The notes under the pieces are model-generated. The model saw only the letters and a program-made list of their open reading frames with translations. It was not told the origin of the DNA and ran no database searches. The position numbers and the translations under genes are program-made. A stretch of 64,000 nt of DNA from Podarcis melisellensis (Eukaryota), in the NCBI GenBank assembly GCA_964234715.1, contig OZ174287.1; one strand, given 5' to 3'. Shown here piece by piece: positions 46,976 through 60,297 of the stretch (position 1 is its first letter; the number at the start of each line of letters is the position of its first letter).

Positions 46976-47894
46976 CTTTAATAACTTTTTCCCCCTCTTC
47001 TCAAAAAAAAAAAAAAAAGTGTCCCCGGATTCTTTGAAAAAAAATCTGGTATCCTTAAGCTACATGGACTTTTCTTCTGCTCACTTGATAGTGGGGAATA
47101 AAGGGTATACTTTCTCTACTACGTTATGTGCCACCTGCTTGTAACAATAGGAATGCTGGGGGAGCAGAAAAAATAAGCTTGCCCATCTAGACCAGTTCTT
47201 TTCCTCCCTGGCCACCTCCCTGCCTCCATCCAGCTGTGGTTTCATTCTGCTCACGCAACCACCTCCTTGGCCAAACCATAGATCGTGCAAACTACAGAAG
47301 AACAGGCAGGATAAGTCAGGGCAGCTCTCCAGCAGTTGTCCTGTGGATCAGCAGGCTTGCTTAACGCCACTTCTGGCCATCTTCTTCATCTCTGCACTGG
47401 TGCATCCTAATTGGCTTCCTGGACTGTGGTGACAGCAGTGTGTCTCCAGGCTTGTTGGGGAAGAGGAGGGTGGCCAGTAGTGGCAGCAGCTGATCTCAGG
47501 ATCTAGCCTCCCCACTCCAACCAGATCTTCCCTTAAACCTGTGGCTCATTTTGTTTGACCATAATGACAGAGGCTCAGGGATGACAGCTCAGGATGCATC
47601 AGAGGAGATATGCATTGGGGAGAGACTCAGTCCCACCTCTCACCCTATGAAGCCTCATGCATGCAGCAGTAGCATGCATCCTGTTTTTCCACGGGACATC
47701 AAAGGAGCTGAAGGTAGATCTGCAAAGAGCTACTATGTCAAAGAGGAGCCACCTTTCTTTCTCTCTCCAGTCAATATTTGGAGAAGGTGGCTCAGAAAGC
47801 AAAGGCAGCTCCTATCTGACACTACTTGACTCTTAGTTTCTATCATAAAGTGTTGAACCAATGAGGAAGTGCATATATCTACATATCTATAGAT

Positions 47895-47924
47895 ATCTAT
47901 ACATATCTATAGATATGTATAGAT
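47895..47924. repeat. Perfect 30-bp AT-rich palindrome
   Basis: ATCTATACATATCTATAGATATGTATAGAT equals its own reverse complement. Confidence 0.9.
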
Positions 47925-48419
47925 GTGTAAATAATGAAAACAAGAGCACCATTTGCTGTTTGTTTTGCCACCATGGAAAATATCTATTACTCTTCTCTGA
48001 GGTCCCATTATCCAACAATTCATGTGTGGAAACAGGTACTCTGTTTGGGGAAAATATTACTTCTATTGCTAGCTCAACATTTATGTAGGCCTCACCTTCT
48101 TGTCAAAATTAACTTGTGTTTCCACAACAAGATCATGGCTTCTGCTGGTGTGGTGAACTTCATGAAGTTATTGGACTCCCATCTCCCATCAGCCTCAGCC
48201 AACATAGCTAATGGTCAGTGAAGGATGATGGGAGTTTAGTCCAGCAACAACTGGTGGCACACAGGTCCCCCCGCCCCATCTCAGGACATCACTTTCCTTT
48301 GGATTCTTCTTAGCCTGGAAACCAATCACTGACCCACTAAGAGGCAGAGCAGGCATGTGATACAATTCAGGTGGGGGGGGGGAGGAAAGCAACATGCTTG
48401 TTGCAAAGAGTGCTAAGGG

Positions 48420-48660
48420 GCCTTCAGTCTTACAGACATCATTATCACACCCTGCAATTATCCAATTATTCATCTGGCCAAATCTCCAGGGCTTTCCAGA
48501 AGGCACGAAAACCAGCAACAAGTTGTTCATAAATAATTCCTTCCACCATTGGAAGCTGGGAGTAGGGAAAAGAAGCTGGCATTGTTGTGTCACTTTTATC
48601 AACAGCAGCCTGTGTCGTTAAGACTTCAGATCAGAGTGTTGGCCATCCCAGCTAGTATTC
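48420..48660 (+). promoter_or_regulatory. Conserved V2R upstream block, gene 5 copy
   Basis: Two CAATTA (48455-48460, 48463-48468), TCTCCAGGGCTTT (from 48483), CATTGGAAGCTGGGAGTAGG. Confidence 0.5.
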
Positions 48661-48820
48661 AAGGCATGCCTTTGTAACTCTCTGGATGTTGAAAGTAAGA
48701 CCGCAGAGTTTCCTTTTAGGAAGTGAATATGCAGACTCTGATTACCTGGCTAAAAGCCAGGAAGTTGCTTTAGACATGACACAGGAGAGCCTGCAGTTAA
48801 AGAGAAGCTTTGCTTCTAGG

Positions 48821-51800
48821 ATGTTGTGGCTAATGGTGTTCCTGCTCCTATTACCCCAAAGTGCATGCAAAACAGAAACAGTGAAGTGCCCTGCAATTGA
48901 TCCCTTCCCTATTCCACATGAGTGGTACCAGCCAGGTGGCCTCCTCATCGGTGGAATGACTTCCCAGATCATTTACACTTCTGATGAACTATTATTCCTG
49001 GAACACCCATCTCAGAAGCTGTTTGAGATTTCAGAGTATGGATTTTGTTCCTTCTGCTTCATCTGAGCTTAGACGAATAACTAATATGGGGTTCAGGTGA
49101 AACTCCCCCCCCCTCGCAATGAAATAATAAATCAGGGGTTTTCTGGGGCTCCACATGTTAGCCCCCCCCCCTGTTATCATGACATAATTGAAATGCACAA
49201 TGAAATATGTTGGAAGGTGGTGTACACACCTATTGATGCATCCTTTCAACGTTTAGGGCTGGTCTTCTGAACCAATTAAGGGGTTTGAATGAGTTAGGAG
49301 ACATATTGTTAGTGTGCTTTCAATTCCTTTTTCAGTCTTGTACATGTTACTAAGATTACAATTGTTTCAGATTTTGTTCTTCCACAACAGTAACTGCTAC
49401 TTCCTTGCATAGTTGTATTTTGTTTTAAATAGGAGGGATGTGAGATTTGGGGTGACATTCAGTGTTGATTGTGCTTGGAGCTGACTCATTGACAGAAACG
49501 GGCTTAAGTGCATTAAATCAATTTACTTCAGTGGGTATAACATGGAGTTGGTCAGAGTACACCCATTGAGATTAATGAGTCTGAGATAATTGTGTTCATT
49601 ATGAATTTAAGCCTGCTGGATCAGCTTCTTGTTCTCACCATAGCCAATAAAATGCTTATGGGAAGCCTTGAAGGAGCACTTGAGTGCCAAAACACTCTCC
49701 CCTCCTGTGGTTTCCAGCAGCTGGTATTCAGAAGCATATTGCCTCCAAGAGTGGAGGCAGAATTCAGCCATCATGTCTAGAATAGCTTTATGCTTCATGT
49801 GTTCTAACCCTTTTTAAAGCCATCTAAGATGGTAGCTATTGTGCTTCTGGTGGGAGTTAATTCCATTGTTTAACTATGCACTACAGTATATAAGGAAGAA
49901 CCTCCTTTTGTCTGTCTTGAATGTTCCAGTATTCAGCTTTGGTGCATTTCCGTTAGCTTTAGTGTTATGAGAGATGGAGAAAAACTTTTTCTGTATCCAT
50001 TTTCTCTGTGTTGTGCATTATGAATACAACTCTGTTATGCTCTGTTAACTCTCTGGGTGGAAATTGTGATTGAAGAAGGAAAAAAAGTATGGAAAGGCTA
50101 CTGTATCATGAATTTTCTTTTTCTAAACACATTTCTAAAAGAAATTTGGGACCACTGGTGACCCATCCTTTCACTTGCCATTAGCTGCTATATATTCCTT
50201 TAGCCTACTACACTTTAGGTATGGACTTGAAGCTATGAAGACAAGATGCTTTGTAGAACATTCTCCTTTAAGAGCAGCAGAAATGATTCTATATGTTGTG
50301 GCTAGATGCGCTAAGCTGTATATTGCTGTCTGTCTGTGGTGCAGCAGTACACATTGTGATTCAATGCCCAAAACTGATAATTTGGGAGAAACGGTTAAAA
50401 AACCAAAAAGCCAGAAAGTGCGCTCCCCATGTTTTCTGTATCTGATAATTTCCCAACCAACCAAAACTAATAAAGTGTACCATAAGCTTCCATGAACTTC
50501 CAAAGTGCACTTCTGTTTTCTGTAGTGGCTAAAAGATGCTGCAAAGCTTCTGAAAAAATATATTTCAGTAGGTAGGTAGGTATTCAACAGAGGTATTTTA
50601 ACATGACCCTTCAATCGTGTTCCCAGGGTGGCTTAGAAGAAGAAATAAAACAACTAATATGTAACTAATATTAACAGTAATAATAAATAATAACAACAAT
50701 AAACAGTAATAATAAACTAAAAGACTATAAGATAACAGAAGAAGAATTAAAAAATGAGTAAATTCCCTCTGAAGGGCTTGGGTAAATAAATAAAAAGGAC
50801 TTTGTCTTGCACTGAAAATATAACACCATATGAATCTTTCTGAGGAGTACTGCATAATTGGATTGTTCCATATGAAGAGTGTTCCAAAACTGGAACACCG
50901 CCAGTGAGAAATCTAAGATGAGGCAGCTTTTGTCTGCTTTCCCCTCTCCTTTGCAAGGGCTCATGGAACAGCTTTTTCCCACGAACCCATCGCACAGGCA
51001 AGATATTGGGCAAGACCTTGCCCAGTATTTTGCTGTAATCTATGGGCAACATAGATGCTTACTGGGCACAGAACAAGGCTTTTACAGAGCTTAGATACTA
51101 TGGCAATAAATGTTGTATAAATTGTTGTGATAAACAAATGATAAGAAATTCATTCCTTTGAAGAGCTGTCCTCTGAAATAGTCATTTCACTTTATTGGCA
51201 GTTGGGTGATCAAGTTCTACCAGCATGCCTTGGCCTTGGCATACACCATCAGTGAGATCAACAAGAACCCCAACATCCTGACAAATGTTACACTTGGATT
51301 CCACATCCTTGACAGCTACTCTAATCCAAGGATGACCTATCGCGGCACTCTGGACCTGCTCTTCAAGTCACGCAGATTTGTCGCCAACTACAAATGTGAC
51401 ACCCAGAAAAACCTCATGGCTGTCATTGGGGGACTTGGTTTTGATACCTCTTTTCTCATGACAGAAAGTCTTGGTCTCTACAAGATTCCTCAGGTAGGAT
51501 ATGCGGATGAGAGTGTGGAGACATCCACCAGCTACACTATTCTCTTGTAATTATGAAAGTAAGTTGTTGCTCTTTAGTGTGTGTGCCTGTGTGTACGTAA
51601 TTAAGAGGCATATGAGTTTACCCCTGTTTCAAATATCCAAACAGGAGAACTACATCAATTGCATTGGGAATGTCCAAATTTAGGGGGGAGAATGTGTGGG
51701 TCAGCAGTAGTTGGAGGAAAATACTACATGGGTGACAGGAAATTAAAGAAGGCACATTGAGTTCACAATCCACACTGAGCTGAGGTATGGACAGGCCCTA

Positions 51801-54800
51801 ATACAGTCCCTAATAATGTGTAAAGCTGGGTCTTTGTTGTGCATTAGTAATAGTCACAGTAACATTTCAACTTGCTAGTTGCTTGCTAGATACAGAGTCT
51901 AACTTTACCTGGTGTGGAAATAATGTTAATAATGACTACACCAATTCATATCAAATTAAGTAGATTTTTTAATAAATAAATTACCGGTTTTTAGTCTGTT
52001 GTTGCTTAATTAAACTGTATTTGCCTACAGACATTAATAATTCAGCCTTGTAGTGTGTCACTTTGTCAGACTCTGCATTGTAGCATATAATTATGCAAAC
52101 TTTTATTAATAAATGGATTACCATTTTCAAATATTTCATTAAAAGAATTGCATAATCAAAGAGCGTAAACAATAAGTCTGTTCATAATTCATAACTTTTT
52201 GACTGGAGCAACCAGATTGCTGGGGTATAATTAATAAAATTCTTCTCCTTCTTCTTCTTCTTCTTCTTCTTCTTCTTCTTCTTCTTCTTCTTCTTCTTCT
52301 TCTGTTGTTTATTTTTCCAGGAATAGGTTTATATTTCTAAATACTGATTTGTAACAAATAACAGTCCTGCTCAGAGTAGAACCATTGAAATTAATGTTCA
52401 TGGATGCTTTAGTTGAGATTCCTGCATTGCAGGAGGTTGAACTAGATCATCCTTGGGGTACCTTCCAAATCTATATGATTCTATGAATAAACTTAGTTGA
52501 ATGCAAAGTTCCTGAAGGGATGCGTCCAAGAAGGAAAATCCCCCCAAAATTGTACTGCATGCCAATAAATTGAGAAAAACCACCCAGAAGAGTTATTGAC
52601 TTTCAGTCTTTCCAAAGCTACAAAGTCTTTCACCATATATTTGTTTTATAGTCATGCACATGGATGGCACCTAAGTTTTCTCTATTAAATGTGGATATTA
52701 CTTTATAGCTCACTTATGGCTCATTTGCTCTAGAGGACAAACAGATGACACAGTTTCAATCATTTTACCGCATGGTCCCAAATGAAGCCCATCAGTACAG
52801 TGGGATTGTTCACTTGCTTCGACATTTCGGATGGACATGGGTAGGCCTATTTGCTGCAGATGATGATAGTGGAGAAAAATTCTTACAGACCCTGGAAGCA
52901 CTGTTTTCCCAGCATGGAATCTGTTCAGCTTTCACACTAAGGCTTCCAGCGCAAGCCCACTGGGATGACCTTGATGGAATTATGGATATATTCTCAATTA
53001 TTCATATATTTTTTAAAGATTATGGAACCAATGTCTGCATCATCAATGGAGAGTCCTTAACATTAGCATGGCTGAGAGCATGTATAACTCTGCAAAACCC
53101 AGGAAATGTAGAGATGCCATCATTTGTAAAAGTGTGGATTATGACTACACAGATTGATTTCTTAGCAACAGGAATTCAAAGAAACTGGGGGTTTCAGCTC
53201 TTCCAAGGTGCCATTTCTTTCACCATTCGCACAAAGGAGCTTCCAGAATTTGAGAAATTTATTCAGAGCATAAAACCTGGCTGGAACAAAGAAGATGGCT
53301 TCCTCAAGGATTTCTGGGCGCAAGCATTTGACTGTTCATTTCCAGATGACATGACAGTGCACGACAGTGGGATGTGTAGTGGAGATGAGAGGATAGATAG
53401 TCTTCCTAGGCAATTGTTTGAAATGGGCATGACTGGCCACAGCTACAGTATCTATAATGCTGTCTATGCCGTTTCTCATGCTTTGCATGCCATTTACTCA
53501 TCTAGATCCAAGCACAGAGCAATGATGGGTAGCAGAAGATTTGACCTTCAAGATTTCCAGCCTTGGCAGGTAATGACTCTTCTATTGAACATGCTTCTTA
53601 CATAGCAAAAATGCTACAAGATGAATCAACAATGCCAGCAAGAACTGCCTGTTCCCATATAAACCAACTTGGACTCTGCAATCACCCTCTGAGGCCCTTC
53701 TTCATGTGCCTCCTCTATGTGAAGTATGGAGGGTGGCAACACAAGAACAGGCCTTTTCTGCAGTGGCTCCTCATTTGTGGAATGCTCTCTCCAGGGAAGC
53801 TCGTTTTGTACCTTTTTTGTATATCTTAAGGTGCTGGGTGAAAATATTCCACTTAAACCAGGCCTTTGGCAGAGTAATATTCCACAGTGTTTTAAATGTG
53901 TTGTTGTGTTTGAGGGTACTGTTTTGTTGTTTTTGTTTTAACTAATTATTTGCAATTTTATATTGTATTTTTATCATGTGATCTACCCTGAAATCCTTCG
54001 ATGTATAAAAATCTAAAAACAACAATTTATTTATAACTTTTGGGATGAAATTGTGAGGTTATTCATTGTCAATATTTTATTTGTCTGATAATTATATTCT
54101 ATCAGTGCATATTCTGTGAACTGTCCTAAGACCCCCGTGTATAAGGCGGTATATAAATTCAATAAATAATTGTTATTATTATTATTATAATTAATTATAA
54201 TTATAATTTTGGGGCCACACTCACCCATTTAAGGAGTATTTAAAGAGCAGCTCCTTCACCTGAAGCAGAGATATAAGCCAGATAGGGGGCTCACCATAAA
54301 TTTCCAAATGTGTGCTCATAGCATTCAAGGCTGGCACTCAGATGGACAGTTAGGCTGGAAATGGAATTTCTATAGACCACATTGATCTCTGTTCAATGAA
54401 GTTTAATGAGGGCTGGTGTAGGAGAGATGAACGCCCTCCACTCAGCTTTCTTTAATACAAGTCAGTTGAACTTCTTCCATCACAATGAAACATAGCTGTC
54501 AACGTTTCCCCCTTTTTAAGGGAAATTCCCTTATTCCCAATAGGATTCCTCACAAGAAAAGGGGAAAGTTGACAGTTATGCAATGAAATCATTTTATTTG
54601 GACTGATTATGTTGACCCAGTCACAAATTGTGGGAAAGACAACCAGAAACTATATTCTTGAGGATAAGATAAGAACAGAAAATGGACATAACTGCTCTTT
54701 GCCTGACTTGGCTTCTAAAATTTCCAGTGTCATATTTTCCACTACCCAAGAGCACACTTTTAAGTTCAAAACAATGTACAGTATCCACCTCTTTCTCATT

Positions 54801-57800
54801 TGTTTCAAAACCCTTTTATTTCTTTTGCTCTTTCAATTAGCTCCATTTGATTCTTAAGAGCATTTCATTCAACAACTCGGCTGCGGAAACTATGTCCTTT
54901 AACGGGAAGAAGGAAATGGGTGGTGGATTTGAAATAATGAACATGATCATATTCCCAAACACATCCTTCCAGAGAGTGAAAGTTGGAAGAATGGAGGATC
55001 TCAATGCTCTTCAAGGAAATGGATTCACCCTTAATGAAGATATAATTGTGTGGCACAGAGGTTTCAACCAGGTGGAGATTTTAGGGTATTACTGGGAGCT
55101 GCTCTGTGCTCTAGATCATTAGTCTGGATAAAATGCACGTAATCTTTCCTCAGTGAGCACAATTTGACATGCACTGTTTCTAGGCATATGGTAATTGCAT
55201 CAGCTTCTTGATCTGTAGATCCATAGTGTCGAACAATGTATGTTTATGTATTACTTAATAGGAAAACATAGCAGATGTGCTACGCTTCTGTGAACCAACA
55301 ATGGATGAATGGATGACTTTACAGCCAGAGTGTGCACATATTTCTGATATCCAACCCCCTTTTCCTGGATAGGTGCGGCCTGTCTCTGTGTGTAATGAGC
55401 ATTGCCACCCTGGTCAACAGAAGAAAAAGAAGGAAGGGGGGAAATTTTGCTGTTATGATTGTGTTCCATGCCCAGAAGGGAAGATTTCAAAACAGAATGG
55501 TAGGTGATGTAGAAATCTACTTTCCCCATCCCCCAAGAGTAATTCGGATTTTGTGCCCTCTGACCAGTGATAAATTGCCCACAATATGTATGTAACCACA
55601 TGGTCAAGCAGTCATACGGTTATGAAATTTAACTCACAACAGCACACCAAGCCTATAGAATATTAAATGGCTGGGACAGGAAAATGAGTATTTTCTATCA
55701 TCAACAAAGCACTGTGGGATGCCCTTATGTCATATATATCCTTGCCCAAACCCACCATTTAGGAATAAGAGGGTACTTTATTTAAAATCTATTTTGCTTG
55801 GTAAATGTTCTCTCTGACTGCTTTGGTTCCCATTTGCCTTATAGAATTCCCCTGTCTGGGAAGCCAATGCCTCAGGTTTCTAACTAATTATTTGCCTTTT
55901 TTGTTTGTTATTTTGTTTCATTTTTAAAAATTCATTTTACTAAATAAATAAATAAATTTCACATTTGCCACATTTACATTTTAACATCAAACCAGATTCT
56001 TCCAAATCTTAGGAGTTCCCTCCTACCCTTTATGGGTCCTTTATATGTCTAAATCAACTGCATATTATAGTTCTTCCACATTATTGTTTTCCAAGATATC
56101 CAAAGTCTTTGTAACATTGCAAGAGTTACTGAAAGCCTGACACAGAACTCAAATGATGACAGTGTTCTTTTAAATACAATCTATATTTGTCCCATTCCCT
56201 ATTGAAACTTTGATCCTCTTGATTTCTGATTTTCCAACACTGGGTGAGCAGCAATCTTGCAGCTGTAGTTGCATACATGAAAAGTCTTTTCAAATCTTTC
56301 TATATGCCTGCACCTATAATTCCTAGGAGAAAGGCTTCTGGTCTTTTAACAAATGTTATTTTAAACATTTTAAAAAGATCATTATATATCATTTCCCAGA
56401 ATTTCTTTATCTTTTACCATTCCACCACATATGATCAAAGGTGCCCTCTTTTACCTTACATTTCCAACATACATTTGAGTTAGTCCTATACATTTTTGAT
56501 TACTTACTAGGTGTTAAGTACCAATGGTACATCATCTTCAGGTAATTTTCTTTCAGTGTTTAACATGCTGTAAATTTTAAGTCATCTTTACATAGTTTTT
56601 CCTATGCTGGCAAGTAGACAAAATATTTCTAGCTGACTTTCTCACAGCCTGGATAGCTTGGCCAACTATGAGATGTGGTTTGATTAAACAAATATCTGTT
56701 AATAACTATAAGTTTGAAATATTTCTTTCAGTAATTATACTTGCATATTTTACATGTCTTACCATGTGTTCATACCTTTGGTCCTATTCCTAATCGTATC
56801 CTGCATAACAACTCCTCAGCTCTCACACAAGCTACGCTTTAACTCTCCCTTGAGAACTCATTTCTCTATAACTGTCACACGCATCTGACACACTTCAACC
56901 TCAGCTAATCAGCTGGATAAAGACACTATTAAATTCATTTTTATATGACCACCTACAGAAACAAATGTGTTTCAGGCAATGTAATACTTCCCCAAATTAA
57001 ACATGGATTGGCACTGAAATTTACTTTTTCTATTTTTTCAGATATGGTTGACTGCTTCAAATGCCCAGAAGATCAATATCCAAACAATTACAGAGATGGC
57101 TGTATCCCCAAATCTAGAAACTTCCTTTCTTATGAGGAACCTTTAGGGATCAGTTTAGCCTCAGTTGCCCTAACCTTTTCCCTAATCACAGCTTTGGTAC
57201 TAGGAACTTTTATTAAGCACAAAGATACTCCCATTGTCAAAGCCAACAACCGAGGCCTCACCTACACTCTCCTCATCTCCCTCCTGCTCTGCTTCCTCTC
57301 TTCTTTGCTATTCCTTGGACAACCAGGAAAAGTGACCTGCCTTCTCCGTCAACCTACTTTTGGCATCATCTTCTCAGTGTCTGTTTCTTGCGTGCTGGCC
57401 AAAACCATCACCGTGGTTCTTGTTTTCTTAGCCACAAAGCCAGGCTCCAGGTTGATGAAGTGGGTGGGCAAAGGATTGGGTCAAGCCATTGTCCTTTCAT
57501 GTTCCCTTATTCAAGCAAGTATTTGTATTGGGTGGCTGGGAACCTCTCCCCCGTTCCCTGATTTAGACATGCACTCGGTAGCTGGAGAAATCATTGTACA
57601 ATGTAATGAAGGATCAGTTGCCATGTTTTATTGTGTCCTGGGCTATATGGGCTTCTTAGCCATCATCAGCTTCATTGTGGCTTTTCTAGCCCGCAAGCTA
57701 CCAGATAGTTTTAATGAGGCCAAATTCATTACCTTCAGCATACTTGCATTTTGCAGTGTTTGGTTGTCCTTTGTTCCAACATACCTGAGCTCAAGAGGTA

Positions 57801-57943
57801 AACAGATGGTTGCTGTGGAGATCTTCTCCATCTTGGCCTCCAGTGCTGGGTTACTGGGTTGTATATTTTCCCCTAAATACTACATCATTGTGTTCAGGCC
57901 AGAGTTAAACAGCAGAGACCAACTAATTAGGACAAAGAATTAA
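48821..57943 (+). CDS. Vomeronasal type-2 receptor gene 5 (V2R, Vmn2r26-like), complete, 875 aa: exons 48821-49035, 51202-51493, 52709-53569, 54841-55071, 55373-55499, 57042-57943
   Basis: gt-ag introns and a 2628-nt open frame with all V2R motifs. TM7 reads FSPKYY rather than FSPKCY. Confidence 0.92.
52241..52302. repeat. (CTT)n microsatellite
   Basis: Direct reading. Confidence 0.95.
52410..52485 (+). mobile_element. Short CR1 3' end
   Basis: GAGATTCCTGCATTGCAGGAGGTTGAACTAGAT..CCTTCCAA..TATGATTCTATGA tail. Confidence 0.7.
53640..54020 (+). mobile_element. Degraded L2-like 3' fragment
   Basis: GGCCTTTTCTGCAGTGGCTCCTCATTTGTGGAATGCTCTC (a RAFSVVAP.LWN.LP relic) followed by a T-rich 3' UTR. 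Confidence 0.6.
54491..54580. mobile_element. 90-bp hAT-type mini-MITE
   Basis: TIRs CATAGCTGTCAAC / GTTGACAGTTATG. Perfect 8-bp TSD CAATGAAA at 54483-54490 and 54581-54588. Confidence 0.85.
55900..56620 (-). mobile_element. Degraded L1-clade 3' fragment in intron 5 of gene 5
   Basis: Reverse-strand relics [27 protein letters not shown].., [22 protein letters not shown]. Confidence 0.75.
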
Positions 57944-58264
57944 ATAATCTGTCTCCGATTAATTTAGCTAGTAGGTGTAAGGTTGTTATACATCAAAGCT
58001 AATTATAGATCATTGTTTATATACATGTCGCCCCATGAAGTTTCTTTTGCTGCTCCATTTACCTATCAACCCATATTACCTACTGCCATCTTTAGCTAAT
58101 TGTTAACACAGCAGGGTCCTATGGTTGAAATTTAAATGTACAAATTAATGATGCACTGTATTGTTTTGTGTTACAGGAACCCTCTTTAAAATATTTTATA
58201 TATTATAAGATGATTAATATAATATGCTATCAAATTAAGGGGTAGGATGCTCTTTACGTGTGAA

Positions 58265-58649
58265 GGAGCATCTCTACCTCTGTCATATAGTGCTGACGGT
58301 GAGGTCCAGCTCTGAAAGCCTTTTGGCAGTTCCTTCATTACAAAAAGTGAAGTTACAGGGAATCAAGCAGAGCGCCTTTTCAGTAGTGGTGCACACCCTA
58401 TGGAACACCCTCCCATCGGATATCAATGAGATAAGCAATTATGAGATCGACTGCAGACATCTGAAGGCAGCCCTGTATTGGGAAGCTTTTAATGTATGAT
58501 GAATCATGTGGGGTTTTTTCTCTATATTCTGTTGGAAGCTGGGGCAACCCAGTGAGATGGGTAGAGTCCAAATAATTAAAGAAGAAGAAGAAGAAGAAGA
58601 AGAAGAAGAAGAAGAAGAAGAAGAAGAAGAAGAAGAAGAAGAAGAAGAA
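58265..58649 (+). mobile_element. L2-like 3' fragment followed by (GAA)n (58579-58649)
   Basis: SAFSVVVHTLWNTLP..RHLKAALY relic and the shared L2 3' UTR. Confidence 0.65.
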
Positions 58650-58658
58650 TAGTAGTAG

Positions 58659-58896
58659 TTTGGATTTGATATCCCGCCTTTCACTCCCTTTAAGTAGTCT
58701 CAAAGCGGCTAACATTCTCCTTTTCCTTCCTCACCCACAACAAACACTCTGTGAGGTGAGTGGGGCTGAGAGACTTCAAAGAAGTGTGACTGGCCCAAGG
58801 TCACCCAGCAGCTGCATGTGGAGGAGCGGGGAATTGAACCTGGTTCCCCAGATTACCAGACTACCGCTCTTAACCACTACACCACACTGGCTCTCC
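58659..58896 (-). mobile_element. tRNA-derived CORE-type SINE (Squam3/MIR-like)
   Basis: Minus strand shows an A-box (AGCCAGTGTGGTGTAGTGGTTAAGAGC), a B-box (GGTTCAATTCC), the core GTGACCTTGGGCCAGTCAC and an L2-like tail. Confidence 0.75.
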
Positions 58897-59944
58897 CATA
58901 ATAATGGTGGAATGGTGCTGTAGAGAATGGATGAATGATGGTAGGGAATGTCTGTGCAGCTGGGTCATGGAGACCAGGTTCTCTATAATAATTTTGAAAG
59001 CAGCATTTCCTTCTAATGACTCACACAAGTGAGCAAAGCCAAACAGTAAAGGGGAACTTTATCCCCTGCTCTTTCTGTCCCATCCCCAAATATGGTAGTC
59101 ATGACCCAACCGGGCACTGTGTTGATACGGAGCTGCCACACATCCTTATCCTCCTAATTTTTCTCAATAAATTCTGCTGGCATTATTTGATTCAGTGAAT
59201 TCCTCCTCCACTTTACCGTTTGCCAGTGGTGGTCTAGTGAGGACATTGTGACTGAACTCTGTCACATTATGCTTCCTCTATCACTAGCTAATACCAGAGA
59301 GGTTTGGAGCACTATGATGTGGAGCACTGTGACCACTTCACGTCATTAAATTATTGGTTGGGCTCAGACCCAGAACACCCTTAAAGGAAGGATAAGAACA
59401 TAAGAATAATTTTTTGGATTAGCCACCAGCCCATCTGATCCACCATGTTTTTCTTACAGTGGCTAATTAGGTGCCTATGGGGCAGCTTGCAAACACCACT
59501 CCTGCCATTCCCAAAAACTAGTACAGTCATACCTTGGATAACAAACACTAATTTGAGATGGAACAACAAACTTCTTAAATTTCCCAGGGGCAGGATTTTT
59601 TTAAAAATCATCAGCAAGGGTTTTTCAAATTTAATCACGTTACCCTCCCCAACAAAAAACAACCACCACCCTTATTTCACCACCTGTGACCCTTGGGGTG
59701 TTGCACACTCATTTCCAACATAGCCCAGCCAGCATAACCAATGGCCTGTCAATGAGAATGGAATATATAGTTCAATAAGACCTGAAAGTCCACCCCTGCC
59801 TCAGGCCCCCACTTTCCTGTTGGTATTTGCTCAGCTTAGAAGTCATTCCTTGACCCACCATGGAGTAGAACTGGTAGGACTGGGGGTTGGAGAAGAACCA
59901 ACATGTTTGCTATTAAAAGCTGAATGCTACAGATATAATTATCT

Positions 59945-60145
59945 CATCCTGCAATTATCCATTTATTTGTCTGGCGAAACCTTCAGGGCTTTCTTTCAAG
60001 CATGAACATGCCACCAATAAGCAAAAAGTTGTCATAAATAAATATTTGTGCCATTGGACACCTGAACCTGGCAGGACTCTGTCAATTTCATTGCAGACTG
60101 TCTGTGTGCTTAGTTAAGGCTTCAAAGCACAGTGTTGGCCTTCTC
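59945..60145 (+). promoter_or_regulatory. Conserved V2R upstream block, gene 6 copy
   Basis: CCTGCAATTATCC (CAATTA 59952-59957), CCTTCAGGGCTTT (from 59980), GGCAGGACTCTGTCAAT (about 60071-60087). Confidence 0.5.
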
Positions 60146-60297
60146 TGTGAGTATTTGTAACTCTCTGGATGCTCCAACTAAGCCTGGGGAGTTTCCTTTC
60201 ACGAAGTGAATATGCAGTTTGTTCAGCATCTTTAAGCCACAATGTTGTTGTAGACAAGGTATAGGAGAGTGTGAAATAAAAGCAAAACTTTGTTGCC

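Larger units (their letters stand above)
45153..47057. mobile_element. hAT-type element carrying nested L1-clade sequences
   Basis: TIRs TATGGTTACCAGA / TCTGGTATCCTTA, subterminal GTCCCC repeats. Perfect 8-bp TSD AGCTACAT at 45145-45152 and 47058-47065. Confidence 0.75.
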
